Below, in pieces: positions 42,029 through 51,754 of a stretch of 64,000 bases of DNA. Source of the stretch: Acidobacteriota bacterium (GTDB lineage Bacteria > Acidobacteriota > UBA890 > WLXD01); assembly GCA_965205505.1 (NCBI GenBank), contig CBDBHB010000009.1, forward strand, positions 1,376,001 through 1,440,000, written 5' to 3'. Position numbers and translations under genes: made by a program. The notes under the pieces were generated by a model, which worked only from the letters and a program-made list of their open reading frames with translations, ran no database searches and was not told where the DNA came from. How positions within the stretch are numbered: the first letter of the stretch is position 1; each line of letters opens with the position of its first letter.

Positions 42029-42420
42029 TTCTTCGTACATTTGCACAATTGAAGGGGACACCGAATTTTGTCGAAGCGGATGGTTTCGTGAGCGCCCGCC
42101 TGGCGGTCGCGTCCGACAACCTGGGCTTCACCGTAACCGAGGCCGTCGGCGCGGCAGACATCGACCTCGAGGTCGAGCATAAGAATCACATCGAGGCCGT
42201 TTACATTCTCGAGGGAACCGGCACCGTCGAGATCATCGAGACCGGGGAGATTTATAGACTGGAGCCGGGAGTTTTCTATGCTTTCGACAAACATGAGCGT
42301 CACCGCTACAAGCTGGATACCGAAGTGCGCGCCATTGCCATTTTCAACCCGCCGCTGGTTGGCGACGAAGTCAACGACGAATCGGGTGGATACGCTCTCC
42401 CGGACGATGCCGAAAGCTGA
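42025..42420 (+). CDS. ectC: ectoine synthase-like cupin (solitary EctC)
   Basis: MILRT...SARL..DNLGF...[17 protein letters not shown]...[15 protein letters not shown]...[17 protein letters not shown]. Confidence 0.82.
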   Translation: MILRTFAQLKGTPNFVEADGFVSARLAVASDNLGFTVTEAVGAADIDLEVEHKNHIEAVYILEGTGTVEIIETGEIYRLEPGVFYAFDKHERHRYKLDTEVRAIAIFNPPLVGDEVNDESGGYALPDDAES

Positions 42421-42672
42421 GGTTGTAGTCGCTCTACTTGGAGATTACCCGGGCAACTAACGACAAGGCGGAACACAGCAGCTTAGGTGATGCCATCCGG
42501 TGTTATCCCGATACAACTAACTGCCACGCAATTGCACCTGCGCCACGAAATCCACTACCCTCGCCCCCCTTGCTCTCCAGATTGCCTTGCGAGGATCGGC
42601 GTCGGCGGCTGGAAGGAATAGGTTTCGAGTAGGAGATTGTGCCGACCCCTGACGACAACCTCCCCGCCAGGA

Positions 42673-42714
42673 TGGTTCGACGAGCTGAAGCGGCTCGTGC
42701 CGACGGACCCGTAG
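42673..42714 (+). repeat. kinase-propeller C-terminal repeat ([13 protein letters not shown])
   Basis: TGGTTCGACGAGCTGAAGCGGCTCGTGCCGACGGACCCGTAG. Confidence 0.9.
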
Positions 42715-42742
42715 CGGCTGGCAGCCTCATCGGCAGACACCC

Positions 42743-43027
42743 ATGGATGACCCACGCCATCGCAGAGGCAGACACTCCTGGACCCTCAGCGATTGGTTGC
42801 GGGGCGCGGCTATCTCGGTGCTAGTAGCCGGAACCCTCGCCGTCGGGTTTGAGTTAGGCCGACAGGTCGGCGGTGTAGTAGCTGGCGCCTACTCGCAGGA
42901 TCGAGTTACAGGCGCAAGGGAGCGGGGTGAAGCGTTCGGCGGCTCAGTGGGTTTCATTGTCGCCGCGGGGTGCTGGCTGACCGTGGGGCTGACGGCGCTT
43001 AGACGCAGTTGGCAACCGTCTAGCTGA
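42743..43027 (+). CDS. small two-TM hypothetical membrane protein
   Basis: Two hydrophobic segments; hairpin CAACCGTC-TAGCT-GACGGTTG just before the stop. Confidence 0.45.
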   Translation: MDDPRHRRGRHSWTLSDWLRGAAISVLVAGTLAVGFELGRQVGGVVAGAYSQDRVTGARERGEAFGGSVGFIVAAGCWLTVGLTALRRSWQPSS

Positions 43028-43272
43028 CGGTTGAGACAGACTGGGCAGACACCAGTCATATGTCTGTTTAGGAGCCCGAGAAGGGCCGCCGACAGCCTCG
43101 CCGGCACTTCGGGTTGGGCTGCGTGCCCGTGGACGTTAGAGGGGCGCTGAGAGGGAGCGTCCCGGCACCTGCCTTGGACCCTCGCTCGCTCCGGCGATAG
43201 GCTTCAGCCGCATATGAGCGCAGGGCCAGTAGTGGAGCCTTGAACCATGTGAGGAGGAAGCAATGGAGGCGC

Positions 43273-43699
43273 CTTTCGGATCGGTCGACTTGGTCGAGTC
43301 GCGCGAATCGTGCGCGTTCTTCGCGGGGTGCGCGCGACTCGCGACGTCCTGGCGTTCGTCGGGGAAAGACGGGCTCAGGCATCGTTGCTGAGCGCAGTCC
43401 TGATGGCGTTCCTTGTGGTGACCATCGCAAGCATCGCCGTCGTCCACCTGGAATCGCCGACCGGCAACATCAAGACTGCCTAAGATGCGCTCTGGTGGGC
43501 GACGGCCACTACCAGCACCGTCGGCTATGGCGACCTCTACCCGGTGACAATGGAGGGGCGTCTGTTCGTCGCCAACTGGTTCACCACTCCCGACGATGCG
43601 CGGCGTGAGGAAGGCATTGAAGCAATCCAGGAGGAGCTCGCGGTGATACGGGCGGAGATCAAACAGATCCATCGCTTGCTCGACGACCGTGGACGCTAG
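43273..43699 (+). pseudogene. voltage-gated K+ channel remnant (KvAP-like)
   Basis: S4 FRIGRLGRVARIVRVLRGVR, S5, in-frame TAA at 43481, DALWWATATTSTVGYGDLYPVT filter; S1-S3 and most of S6 are missing. Confidence 0.85.
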
Positions 43700-43730
43700 C
43701 GCGCAGCCATGGCCGATCAGGCTCCAGCCG

Positions 43731-43807
43731 TGGACCCTCGCGTGCCCGACGATAGGCTTCAGGCGCTCACCCACCCCCCGCAGGGAGCGTCATGGAACCC
43801 GGCACCA
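43731..43807 (+). repeat. promoter, leader and MEPGT start of the kinase repeat
   Basis: TGGACCCTCG...GATAGGCTTCAGGCGCTCACCCACCCCCC...ATGGAACCCGGCACCA. Confidence 0.85.
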
Positions 43808-43972
43808 CGCCGTGCGGGGCGCCGAAGTGCTTGCCGAGAAACTGCAGAAGACTCGACCGCCCTCGGCGGCGCTCATCGAACAAATCATCAGTAAAGAGGG
43901 TGGTGTCCTCGGCGCGGAAATTGGACGACCCTCGAAGGAGCCGCCCGATTCCCGCAGCTCAAGCGAGTAACG

Positions 43973-45520
43973 CTAGTCCCCGGCCTTGACGACCTCTTTC
44001 ATGTACCAGTTGACGAAGCCGTTGGGGCCGCTCTCGTGGTTGGAGTAGCGACTGGGAGCGTAGGCGCCGGACTCGACGCCCACGTGGTTGTTGTCGGTGA
44101 TCCAGATGTCTTCCAGGAGCGTGATGTACCACAGCGCCTTCACGTTGTCCGGATCATAGTCGCGACCCTCGACGGCGTCGGGATGCACCAGCCAGATAGT
44201 CTCGCAATCGGTGAGCTTCTCCGTCCGCGGCGTAAACCGTGCTACCACAACGTGATCGTCGTAGGCTTGCCAGAAGCCGGTGGTCTGGCCTGACCCGGCT
44301 TGGTCAGTCTCGTTGTTCCACCCTGTGATGTTGGGAAGGAGGATTGAGACCGGCTTGCCGTCGACCGACCCGGTGACGAAGCCGGGATTGAGCATCCCCG
44401 ACGTCGCCGGCCAGGGAACGTCTTCGGTGGTACCGTCGGCGCCGCCTCCCATGCTACCTCCCATGCCGGCCTCGCCCTGCTGGTCGTAGGCGGAGCGAGG
44501 CGCGTTCGGCGCCCAGGCGCGCACGCGTGCGTCCTGCTCGGCCCACTGCTCGCGGGTGCCCTCCTCGTCCCAGTGGTGGGTGGTCACCAGATTCGTGTGC
44601 GCCGGGCCGCAGTGATAGCACTCCCTGAAGTTCTCGATAAACAGCTTCCAGTTGGCATTGATCGGGACGTACTCGCGTGCCGCGACCTTCAGATCCTCGA
44701 GGCTCCACTTCTCGCCGATGTCCCTCACCGAGCTCACAGCCGACTCGAAGTCCGGCGGCGTGTCCGACTTGGACAGGTTGATGAAGACCTGGCCTTCGGC
44801 GACCCGCGTGTGGCAGGGAAGCAAACCGTTGTCGGCCGGGTCGAAGTCGTCCTGCATGCCGTAGGCGTAGATCAGGTTGCCTTCGGTGTCGTACGTCCAG
44901 GCGTGGTATGGGCAGCGGAACACGGGTGAGCTACCGGACTGTCCGAGTTGCTTGACTGACAGGCGCGGGTCGCCAGGTTTGGCATCGGCGTCATGCCGGC
45001 ATACCCGCGAGCCGCGGTGGCGGCAGACGTTGTAGAACCCTCGGATCTCGTTGTCCTGACCACGAACGATCAGGATGGACTCGGAGCGACCGAACTCGAA
45101 CACGTAGTAGTCACCCGGGTTCGCAATACGACTCGCCTGGTCGGTGTACTGCCAGATGTTCTCCGCTAGGAAGGCCTCGTCGGCGTCGAAGTGCTTTGCG
45201 TCCAAGTAATACTCGCCGGGAAGGGTCAGGCCGTCTTTCCAGCCGTTCACACTGGCCGTCTGGGGAACCGGGCCCGGGAGGGGAGTCGCCCCACTGCCAC
45301 CGTAGCCAGCGGGCTCGTCTGGCATCTCGACACGAGCCGCACGACCATAGGTCGTCTTCGTCGCGGCGGTCTTGGTCGGGGTCGAGCCGAGCAACGTGTT
45401 AGGCAGGGCGACAGCCGCGGTACCGGCGGCGACCGAGGTCTTTGCGAAAGTCCGGCGGCTCAGCTTGGCATCCGCGCCGTTCGTCTCACCTGCATCTCGC
45501 TTGCTCATGCCGCCCTCCAT
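43973..45520 (-). CDS. Rieske non-heme iron oxygenase alpha subunit (GbcA/CntA-like) with a Tat signal
   Basis: SRRTFAK Tat motif, CRHRG...CPYHAW, NWKLFIENFRECYHC..AH, C-terminal EDIW. Confidence 0.87.
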   Translation of the reverse strand: MEGGMSKRDAGETNGADAKLSRRTFAKTSVAAGTAAVALPNTLLGSTPTKTAATKTTYGRAARVEMPDEPAGYGGSGATPLPGPVPQTASVNGWKDGLTLPGEYYLDAKHFDADEAFLAENIWQYTDQASRIANPGDYYVFEFGRSESILIVRGQDNEIRGFYNVCRHRGSRVCRHDADAKPGDPRLSVKQLGQSGSSPVFRCPYHAWTYDTEGNLIYAYGMQDDFDPADNGLLPCHTRVAEGQVFINLSKSDTPPDFESAVSSVRDIGEKWSLEDLKVAAREYVPINANWKLFIENFRECYHCGPAHTNLVTTHHWDEEGTREQWAEQDARVRAWAPNAPRSAYDQQGEAGMGGSMGGGADGTTEDVPWPATSGMLNPGFVTGSVDGKPVSILLPNITGWNNETDQAGSGQTTGFWQAYDDHVVVARFTPRTEKLTDCETIWLVHPDAVEGRDYDPDNVKALWYITLLEDIWITDNNHVGVESGAYAPSRYSNHESGPNGFVNWYMKEVVKAGD

Positions 45521-45714
45521 CCGTCGAGTCTGAAGCTGCAGATCCCTCCGCTTGCCACGACGACCGATATCACGACCCCGGTGGTATTACAACCGTAGCG
45601 CCGTCAGTCTGACGCCCGACCCGATCGAGCGTGCCCTTGTGCAGATCGAGGCGGATACGACGCTGGCGGAGGCGCGGACGGTCGGATTTGATCTGGCATT
45701 GGACCTGGAACTGA

Positions 45715-46722
45715 TCAGCGGCCGCGGGCCATGAACGCGTCGACCTCAGCTGCGCGATAAGGCAAGCCGCTGCTGAGGACCTCGTGACCGTCTTGTGTCA
45801 CGACGATCATGTCCTCTAGGTAGAAGGCATCGGGGCCCACCGTGACCATGGGCTCGTAGGCGAGCACCGTGCCGGCGCGCAGCACCGGAAGCGCCTCCTC
45901 GCCACTCTCGATCCCGACGCCGTGCAGGTGCCATGCGGCGTCCACATCCAGGAGCAGGGCGGCCTGTCGGGCCCCGTCAGAGCTCAGGGACGGCGTCAAC
46001 TCGCGCACCCGCGCCCGGCTCGCGGCCCGAACCTCAGCGACCGTTACGCCGTCGGCGATGATCTAGAGACCGGCGAGGTACCCCTCGATGAGCAGCTCCA
46101 CCTCGGCGCTCGATTTCACCCAGCGAAGCTCCCGGATCACCTGCAGTGCCGAGGCGATAGTCGCCTCCGGAAAGGCCTCCTCGAGGGCAGTGCGCCACAG
46201 CGCCATGGGCCCCGCTACCGGGCGCAAGCCCGCCGGCGAGCCGGTCGACTCGACCCGGCGGGGCTCGTCCACGTAGAGAGGCACCGAGGCTTCATCGAGA
46301 CGCTGGCGTAACCACGGCAGAAACCGATCCCAGTGTTCGACACGGGTCAGGGTGAGCTGGCGCGCCGTGTCGCTCCCCGGTGTTACCCCGACCCCTGGAA
46401 CCGGCCTGCCGAAGGAGATCGGGGCCGGCGGGGCGAACAACAACGACTCCTGTCGTGGAGCATCGAGGGCGAGAATCGCCCCCGGCTGTTCGGCCAACCC
46501 GGTGAAGTAGAAGAAAGAGGCGTCCTGCCGGAAGCTCGGCTGATCCTCGGACTTCCCTTCGGACCGCGCGTGCAGTAGCAGGATCCCGTCCGAGAGCCGC
46601 TCCATCGCCTGCTGGCGTCGCCCTGCGTATTCCTCGTTGCCGACTTGTACGGTGGCAGTGGCGGTCAGGACGAGCGAGGCGGCGAGCGAAAGGCGGACGA
46701 GCACGACGCGAGGATGTCCCAA
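45715..46722 (-). pseudogene. Xaa-Pro aminopeptidase (M24B) with an internal deletion and an in-frame TAG at 46063-46065
   Basis: FRQDASFFYFTG, LRWVKSSAEVELL|IEGYLAGL*IIADG, HGVG, LAYEP, YLEDMIVVT. Confidence 0.8.
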
Positions 46723-46753
46723 GTCACGGCGCGCAGCAACCGCTCCAACCGCC

Positions 46754-46936
46754 CTAGACCTCGAACCGTTCCCACTGCGACCGGACGTCCTCCATCAATT
46801 CCTTGAAGCGCTGCTCCTGCCGGAGGTTCTGCAACAGTGGATCGTACTGGGAGAGAAAGGGATAGCAGATGAGCCCTTGTTGCGTGGAAATCTCTAGCCA
46901 CTCGATCGCCCTGTCCCGTTCATCGATCAAGGCATA
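46754..46936 (-). pseudogene. C-terminal remnant of a TolB-like/TPR signalling protein
   Basis: YALIDERDRAIEWLEISTQQGLICYPFLSQYDPLLQNLRQEQRFKELMEDVRSQWERFEV*. Confidence 0.7.
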
Positions 46937-46970
46937 GATCGGCTGGCGCGGTTCGAGCGCGAAGCGAAGC
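46937..46970 (+). repeat. short kinase fragment ([11 protein letters not shown])
   Basis: GATCGGCTGGCGCGGTTCGAGCGCGAAGCGAAGC; resembles 41764-41795. Confidence 0.6.
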
Positions 46971-47003
46971 GGTTGGCACGGGTGCGCCGCCGCCGGTCGG
47001 ATA

Positions 47004-48218
47004 CTAGGCGAATCGTTCGGGGCGGTAAGGGGCGAGCGCTTCCGTCCCGTTGTCCGTGAGGACCTCGCGACTGATCAGCTCCCCCATGATTGGCGCCAGC
47101 GTCACGCCGCTGTGCATGACGGCGAGATAGACATGTGAGGAACCGGGGATGTATCCGACAATGGGCAAGCCGTCGGATGGCATCGGTCGGAAACCGAGCG
47201 TCAGCCGATCGAGCGCAGCGTACCGTGCGTCATGCATGACCTCGCCGATCCGCCCCAAGATGCGCTCACCGTGCTCGTAGCGTACTGCTTGGCTCGGGAA
47301 CCCACCCGCCTGCCGTAGGATTTCCTCGTGGTCCGGTGTGCTCGGTGGGACGTCGCTGTCGGCTCCCACCAAGCGCCCGTCAGGGAACTGTTTGAAGTGC
47401 ACCCCGGGCGCGTAGTGTACGGCGCTCGACACCAACTGCATCGGCCTGCTGTGAGCGAGAATTCCTGGGGCGTGATCCAGTGGCGGTCGATACCCGACGA
47501 GGGATGTCAGCCTGCCGCTGTCGACACCTGCGGCGATCACCAACCGGTCGAGATGGTAGTCGCCGACGGTTGTCGCGACGCCTATGCGGCGGCCTTCCAT
47601 CCGTAGGCCGGTCACCTCGCAGGGCATGATGAGCTCGACTCCATGTCCCCGGGCTGCCTTCAGCAGCTTGTTCGTCACCGCCACCGGGTCGATATGCCCG
47701 TCGATTCCGCAATGAAGCGCGATCTCGAAGGTGCCGGGGGATAGGTGTGGCGCAATGCTGGAGAAGTCGGATGGCGTCAGAGATCTCACCAGGTAGTCGG
47801 GCGATGAGATGGCTGCATGCAGGGCACGCAACTCAGCCGCCGCTTCCTCTGCCGCGGCCGTATCCGGCTCCCACATGAAGACCCCGCCCCAGTTGATTTG
47901 CAGCTCATGTTCCGAGTCGAGCGCGGCCCAGGCGCGCAGGCTACGACGCCGCAGCTGGTGATAGTCGACGTTGTCGGTCATCGCGTTGAGCCAGGCGAAG
48001 CTCTTGGAGGTGGCCCCCGCTGCCGGCGCTTCGCGCTCGAAGAGCGTGACCTCGGCGCCGGCCTTGGCAAGATGGAGGCAGATCGAGGTGCCGACGATCC
48101 CCCCGCCGACGACTCCTATGCGCGGCTGTGCTTGCCGGGCTATCGAAACGCGCGGCAACGCCAATGCCGTTGCGCCGGCCAGATGCTTGAGAAAAGCGCG
48201 CCGCTTCATTTCGCCCAC
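47004..48218 (-). CDS. Tat-exported FAD-dependent oxidoreductase (DAO/glycine oxidase family)
   Basis: KRRAFLK, VVGGGIVG, GATSKSFAWLN, GFRPMPSDGLPIVG, HSGVTLAP. Confidence 0.87.
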   Translation of the reverse strand: MGEMKRRAFLKHLAGATALALPRVSIARQAQPRIGVVGGGIVGTSICLHLAKAGAEVTLFEREAPAAGATSKSFAWLNAMTDNVDYHQLRRRSLRAWAALDSEHELQINWGGVFMWEPDTAAAEEAAAELRALHAAISSPDYLVRSLTPSDFSSIAPHLSPGTFEIALHCGIDGHIDPVAVTNKLLKAARGHGVELIMPCEVTGLRMEGRRIGVATTVGDYHLDRLVIAAGVDSGRLTSLVGYRPPLDHAPGILAHSRPMQLVSSAVHYAPGVHFKQFPDGRLVGADSDVPPSTPDHEEILRQAGGFPSQAVRYEHGERILGRIGEVMHDARYAALDRLTLGFRPMPSDGLPIVGYIPGSSHVYLAVMHSGVTLAPIMGELISREVLTDNGTEALAPYRPERFA

Positions 48219-48400
48219 TCCTCACTGGTCATGCTACTGCCGATGGAGCAATCGATCCAGCCCGTCCCAACCGTTCGTACCAGGCCGACCTACGGTCATC
48301 GTGAGCGTACCGTCAGTACCGTTGCCACCGCATGCGAAGTCGATACGAGCGATGCAGATCATCGGGTTCTGTGTGACTTCCGGCATGGTGCTGTAATGCC

Positions 48401-48541
48401 AACTACGACGTGACGGGCGACGGTCAGCGGTTCGTGATGTTCCCCGAGACGGGTGCAGGCGAGCAACTTCGTAGCGGTCATGTGACGATGGTCACCAACT
48501 GGTTCGACGAGCTGAAGCGGCTCGTGCCGACGGATCCGTAG
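48401..48541 (+). pseudogene. kinase-propeller C-terminal remnant
   Basis: [46 protein letters not shown]. Confidence 0.87.
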
Positions 48542-48580
48542 CGCGCTCAGTCGAATCTGTCAGCACCGCCCGCTCACCGC

Positions 48581-48599
48581 CGTCTCCAAAACGTCTCCA
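48581..48599 (+). repeat. third, partial copy of the start of the att-like repeat
   Basis: CGTCTCCAAAACGTCTCCA, identical to 39035-39053 and 41177-41195. Confidence 0.7.
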
Positions 48600-48657
48600 A
48601 CCTGAGGTGCTCCCCGGTACGGACCGCAGCTAACCTCTTGACCGGCGCCTTTTCACT

Positions 48658-51381
48658 TCACTCCGCCTGCAGCGCTTTCACGGGATCGGCACGCGCTGTG
48701 CGGCGCGCCGGCAGATAGCAGGCGACCAGGCCGACCAGCAGGAGGACGGCCACGACCGTGCCGTAGGTTGCACTATCGGTAGGGCTCACGCCGTATAGGA
48801 GACTCGACACCCAGGGAGCCAGTGCGGTTGCCGCCAGCACGCCGACTGCGATGCTTACGACTCCGGCGCCCGATGCAAGTACCGATCGCACCAGGCGTTG
48901 AGGGCTGGCTCCGAGAGCGATACGGACGCCGAACTCGTGCCGCCGCTGATCGACGGCATAGGAAACGACGCCGTACACGCCCACGGCCGCCAGCGTCAGC
49001 GCCAGGACGCCGAAGGCGCTCAGCAGTACGAGCATGAACCGCGCCTCGGCGCGAGCGTCGAGGACGTAGTCGCTCAGCGGGCGCATGTCGTTGATCGGTA
49101 GGTCCGGATCCAACGCCCAGACCTGCTCGCGCAGCATCGGGCTGAGGCTTTCCGGAGCGAGCTCGCTGCGCACCGTGATGCGCATAGTTCGCGACGCACG
49201 CTGGTCCTGCGGGAAGTACATGTGCTCACGCAGGTCCGCTGTGAGGGTGTAGATGCGCGTATGCTCGACCACCCCGACGACGGTCCGGTTGTTGCCCAGC
49301 CTCGTGGTCTGCAGTTGCTTGCCGATCGGGTCTTCACCGGGCCAGGCGCGTTCGGCGAGCATCTGCTCGACGATTACCGCCGGCTCCCCATCCGCCCGGT
49401 CCCGGCTGTCGAAGACGCGGCCGGCCAGCAACTGGATACCCATGGATTCGAAGTAGCCGGGTACCACGCTTCGCCCGTCGGCACTGAGGTTGAAGTGCGA
49501 AGCTGTCTCGTCGTCGTATGCGTAGGGCAGCAGAGGACCGCTGCCGGTTAGCGGCAGTTGTGTCGTGCCGCCGATAGTCTCCACACCACGCAGCGCGCGG
49601 ATGCGCTCGGTGAGGCTGCGGTAGAAAGCGGTGATGGCCTCGCGGTCCGGATAGTCGGCACGCGGCAGCGCCAGCCCGAAGGTCATTACATGCTCGTGGT
49701 CGAATCCCGGACGGATCTGCTGCAACGCTTCAAAGCTGCGGATCATCAACCCGGCGCCGACCAACAGAACCAACGACAGGGCGATCTCGGCTCCAACTAG
49801 CGAGGTGCGCAAACGCGACGCGGTGGCGGAGGTCCCGGCACGGGCGCCGTCCTTGAGCGTCGCGGTCAGATCGGTCCGCGAGGCCAGATAGGCCGGGGCG
49901 ATGCCGAAGATGACCGCGGTGAGCACCGTGGCGGCGGCCGTGAACGCCAGTACCGCGCCGTTGATGGCGATGTCATCGAGGCGCGGCAGGTTGGGTGGCT
50001 GTAGGCGCGTGAGCGTCGCCAGCCCGACGTAGGTGATCCCGAGGCCGCCGAGCGCGCCGAGCGTAGCGAGTCCCAGGCTCTCGAGCAATGCCTGGCGAGC
50101 GATCACACTGCGCCGGGCGCCGAGCGCGGCGCGCACCGCGAATTCTGGCTGTCTAGCGGTGCCGCGCAGCAGCAAGAGATGGGCGACGTTGGCGCAGGCG
50201 ATCAGCAGCACGAAGCCGACGGCTCCAAGGAGCGTCAGCAGCGCCGGGCGCGCCTGCTTGACGATGTCGCCGTGGAAGGGCACCAGCCGGATCTGCATGC
50301 CCGAGGCGGCGTGCTCCGGGTGAGTGGCACGCAGTGTTGCGGCAACGGCATCCATCTCGCTTTGGGCCTCCTGGAGCGAGACCCCGGGCGCCAGCTTGCC
50401 GAGCACGGTGTAGGCGGTCCAGTTGCGCGGCGGCAGGCGTTCGTAGTTGGTCTGCAACGGCACCCAGATCTCGGCGTCCTTGATCAGGAACGCCTCGTTG
50501 GGCAGTAGCAGTCGGAAGCTTCTCGGCAGCACGCCAACGACGGCGAAGGCGCGGCCGTCCAGCTGAATCGTGCTGCCCACTACCGCAGGGTCGCCGCCCC
50601 AGCGCTGTTGCCAGAGCCGGTGGCTGAGCATGGCCACCTGTGGGCCGCCGAACTGTTCCTCTTCTTCTGTGAACTGGCGGCCGAGCAGCGGCTCGACGCC
50701 AAGCATGGAGAAGAAGTTGTGCGTGACCGGCGAGACGTCGACACTACGCGGCGGGCCATCGCCGGTAAGGACGCCTTGGAGGCCCACCTGGCCGCTGCCC
50801 GAGGCGGCCGCGAACTCCTCGAGCGTCTTGCTTATCTGCTGGTAGTCGCGGAAATCTGCTGCGTGGACCGCCGGCAGAAACTGGCGCTCCTCCACAAGAT
50901 CGTTCCAGACGTTTACCAGGCGGTGCGAGTCGGCGTAGGGCAACGGCCGCAGCAAGACCCCATGGACAACGCTGAAGATGAGTGTCGTGGCGCCCATTCC
51001 GAGCCCGATGGTCACGGTGGCGGTGAGGGTGAAGCCGGGCGCCGCGGCCAACGAGCGGACGGTCACACGTACTTCCGAAGATAGGTGATCGAGGACGCCG
51101 GACAACCACCCGCGCGTGCGGTAGCGATCACGACGCGGCCCCTGGCCGCGCGTGCTGTAGCCGAAGAGTCGTCGCCAGCGGGTGAGTGTGGCGCTAGTGA
51201 CGACGTCGCGAATGGCGGAGATCCAGGCTTTCACCGTACCGAGACGTTCGGCGCGTGTATTCGGATCGTTGATGGTGGCGCTGAACATCGCCTCCATGTC
51301 GGCGCCGTTGCGCTGCCGGAAGTCTCGCGGCAGCACGTGCATCAGACTCCGATAAAGAGCCAAGGTCCGCTTGCCGCTCAT
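48658..51381 (-). CDS. ADOP-family duplicated ABC permease
   Basis: LGMGATTLIFSVVHGVLLRPLPY, VLLIACANVAHLLL, RRHEFGVRIALGA, PARRTARADP. Confidence 0.9.
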   Translation of the reverse strand: MSGKRTLALYRSLMHVLPRDFRQRNGADMEAMFSATINDPNTRAERLGTVKAWISAIRDVVTSATLTRWRRLFGYSTRGQGPRRDRYRTRGWLSGVLDHLSSEVRVTVRSLAAAPGFTLTATVTIGLGMGATTLIFSVVHGVLLRPLPYADSHRLVNVWNDLVEERQFLPAVHAADFRDYQQISKTLEEFAAASGSGQVGLQGVLTGDGPPRSVDVSPVTHNFFSMLGVEPLLGRQFTEEEEQFGGPQVAMLSHRLWQQRWGGDPAVVGSTIQLDGRAFAVVGVLPRSFRLLLPNEAFLIKDAEIWVPLQTNYERLPPRNWTAYTVLGKLAPGVSLQEAQSEMDAVAATLRATHPEHAASGMQIRLVPFHGDIVKQARPALLTLLGAVGFVLLIACANVAHLLLLRGTARQPEFAVRAALGARRSVIARQALLESLGLATLGALGGLGITYVGLATLTRLQPPNLPRLDDIAINGAVLAFTAAATVLTAVIFGIAPAYLASRTDLTATLKDGARAGTSATASRLRTSLVGAEIALSLVLLVGAGLMIRSFEALQQIRPGFDHEHVMTFGLALPRADYPDREAITAFYRSLTERIRALRGVETIGGTTQLPLTGSGPLLPYAYDDETASHFNLSADGRSVVPGYFESMGIQLLAGRVFDSRDRADGEPAVIVEQMLAERAWPGEDPIGKQLQTTRLGNNRTVVGVVEHTRIYTLTADLREHMYFPQDQRASRTMRITVRSELAPESLSPMLREQVWALDPDLPINDMRPLSDYVLDARAEARFMLVLLSAFGVLALTLAAVGVYGVVSYAVDQRRHEFGVRIALGASPQRLVRSVLASGAGVVSIAVGVLAATALAPWVSSLLYGVSPTDSATYGTVVAVLLLVGLVACYLPARRTARADPVKALQAE

Positions 51382-51735
51382 GCGGTGTGCTTCTTGGAGG
51401 CTGTCGCCTTGGCGCGTGCGAATCGCGCCAGCGCCTCAAGGCGTTCGGCGTCTTCGGCCAGCCGCTCACGCCCGGTGGTTGTAATGCGGAAGTAGCGGCG
51501 CCGACCGCTTGCCCCGGGCGGCCGCTCATCGGGACGGGTCAGCTCTTGTATGAGACCGATCTCGACGAGCTGCTCGAGCGTGCCATACAACATTGCCGGC
51601 CACAGGCGCAGACCGCCGTCGGTTTGCTGCAACACCTGATCGACAATTCCCGAGCCATGCCGCGGCTCGTCGGACAAGCGCCAGCAGGATGTGAAACCAG
51701 CGTGGCTGCAGGGTCTGGTTGCGGCGAGGAGCCAT
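51378..51735 (-). pseudogene. padR: PadR-family regulator, frameshifted near 51675
   Basis: MAPRRNQTLQPRWFHILLAL / SDEPRHGSGI...AMLYGTLEQL...RRRYFRITTTGR; ATGA overlap with ADOP. Confidence 0.82.
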
Positions 51736-51754
51736 GATGTAGACGATCTCCTGT

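Noticed and set aside
43568-43582. GTCGCCAACTGGTTC as another kinase C-terminal repeat
   Set aside because: The match is short, lies in frame within the K+ channel post-S6 region, and lacks the GACGAGCTGAAG continuation.
46063-46065. Amber recoding (pyrrolysine) at in-frame TAGs here and at 63230
   Set aside because: Both genes carry other lesions, TAG is a common true stop in this window, and no pyl genes are seen.
27285-48541. CRISPR array or classical integron as the explanation for the repeats
   Set aside because: The repeats are kinase-coding fragments of variable length separated by kb-scale genes. No cas or intI gene is present, and I found no consistent RYYYAAC...GTTRRRY attC pairs; isolated GTTAG motifs near 34158 and 43135 lack clear partners.
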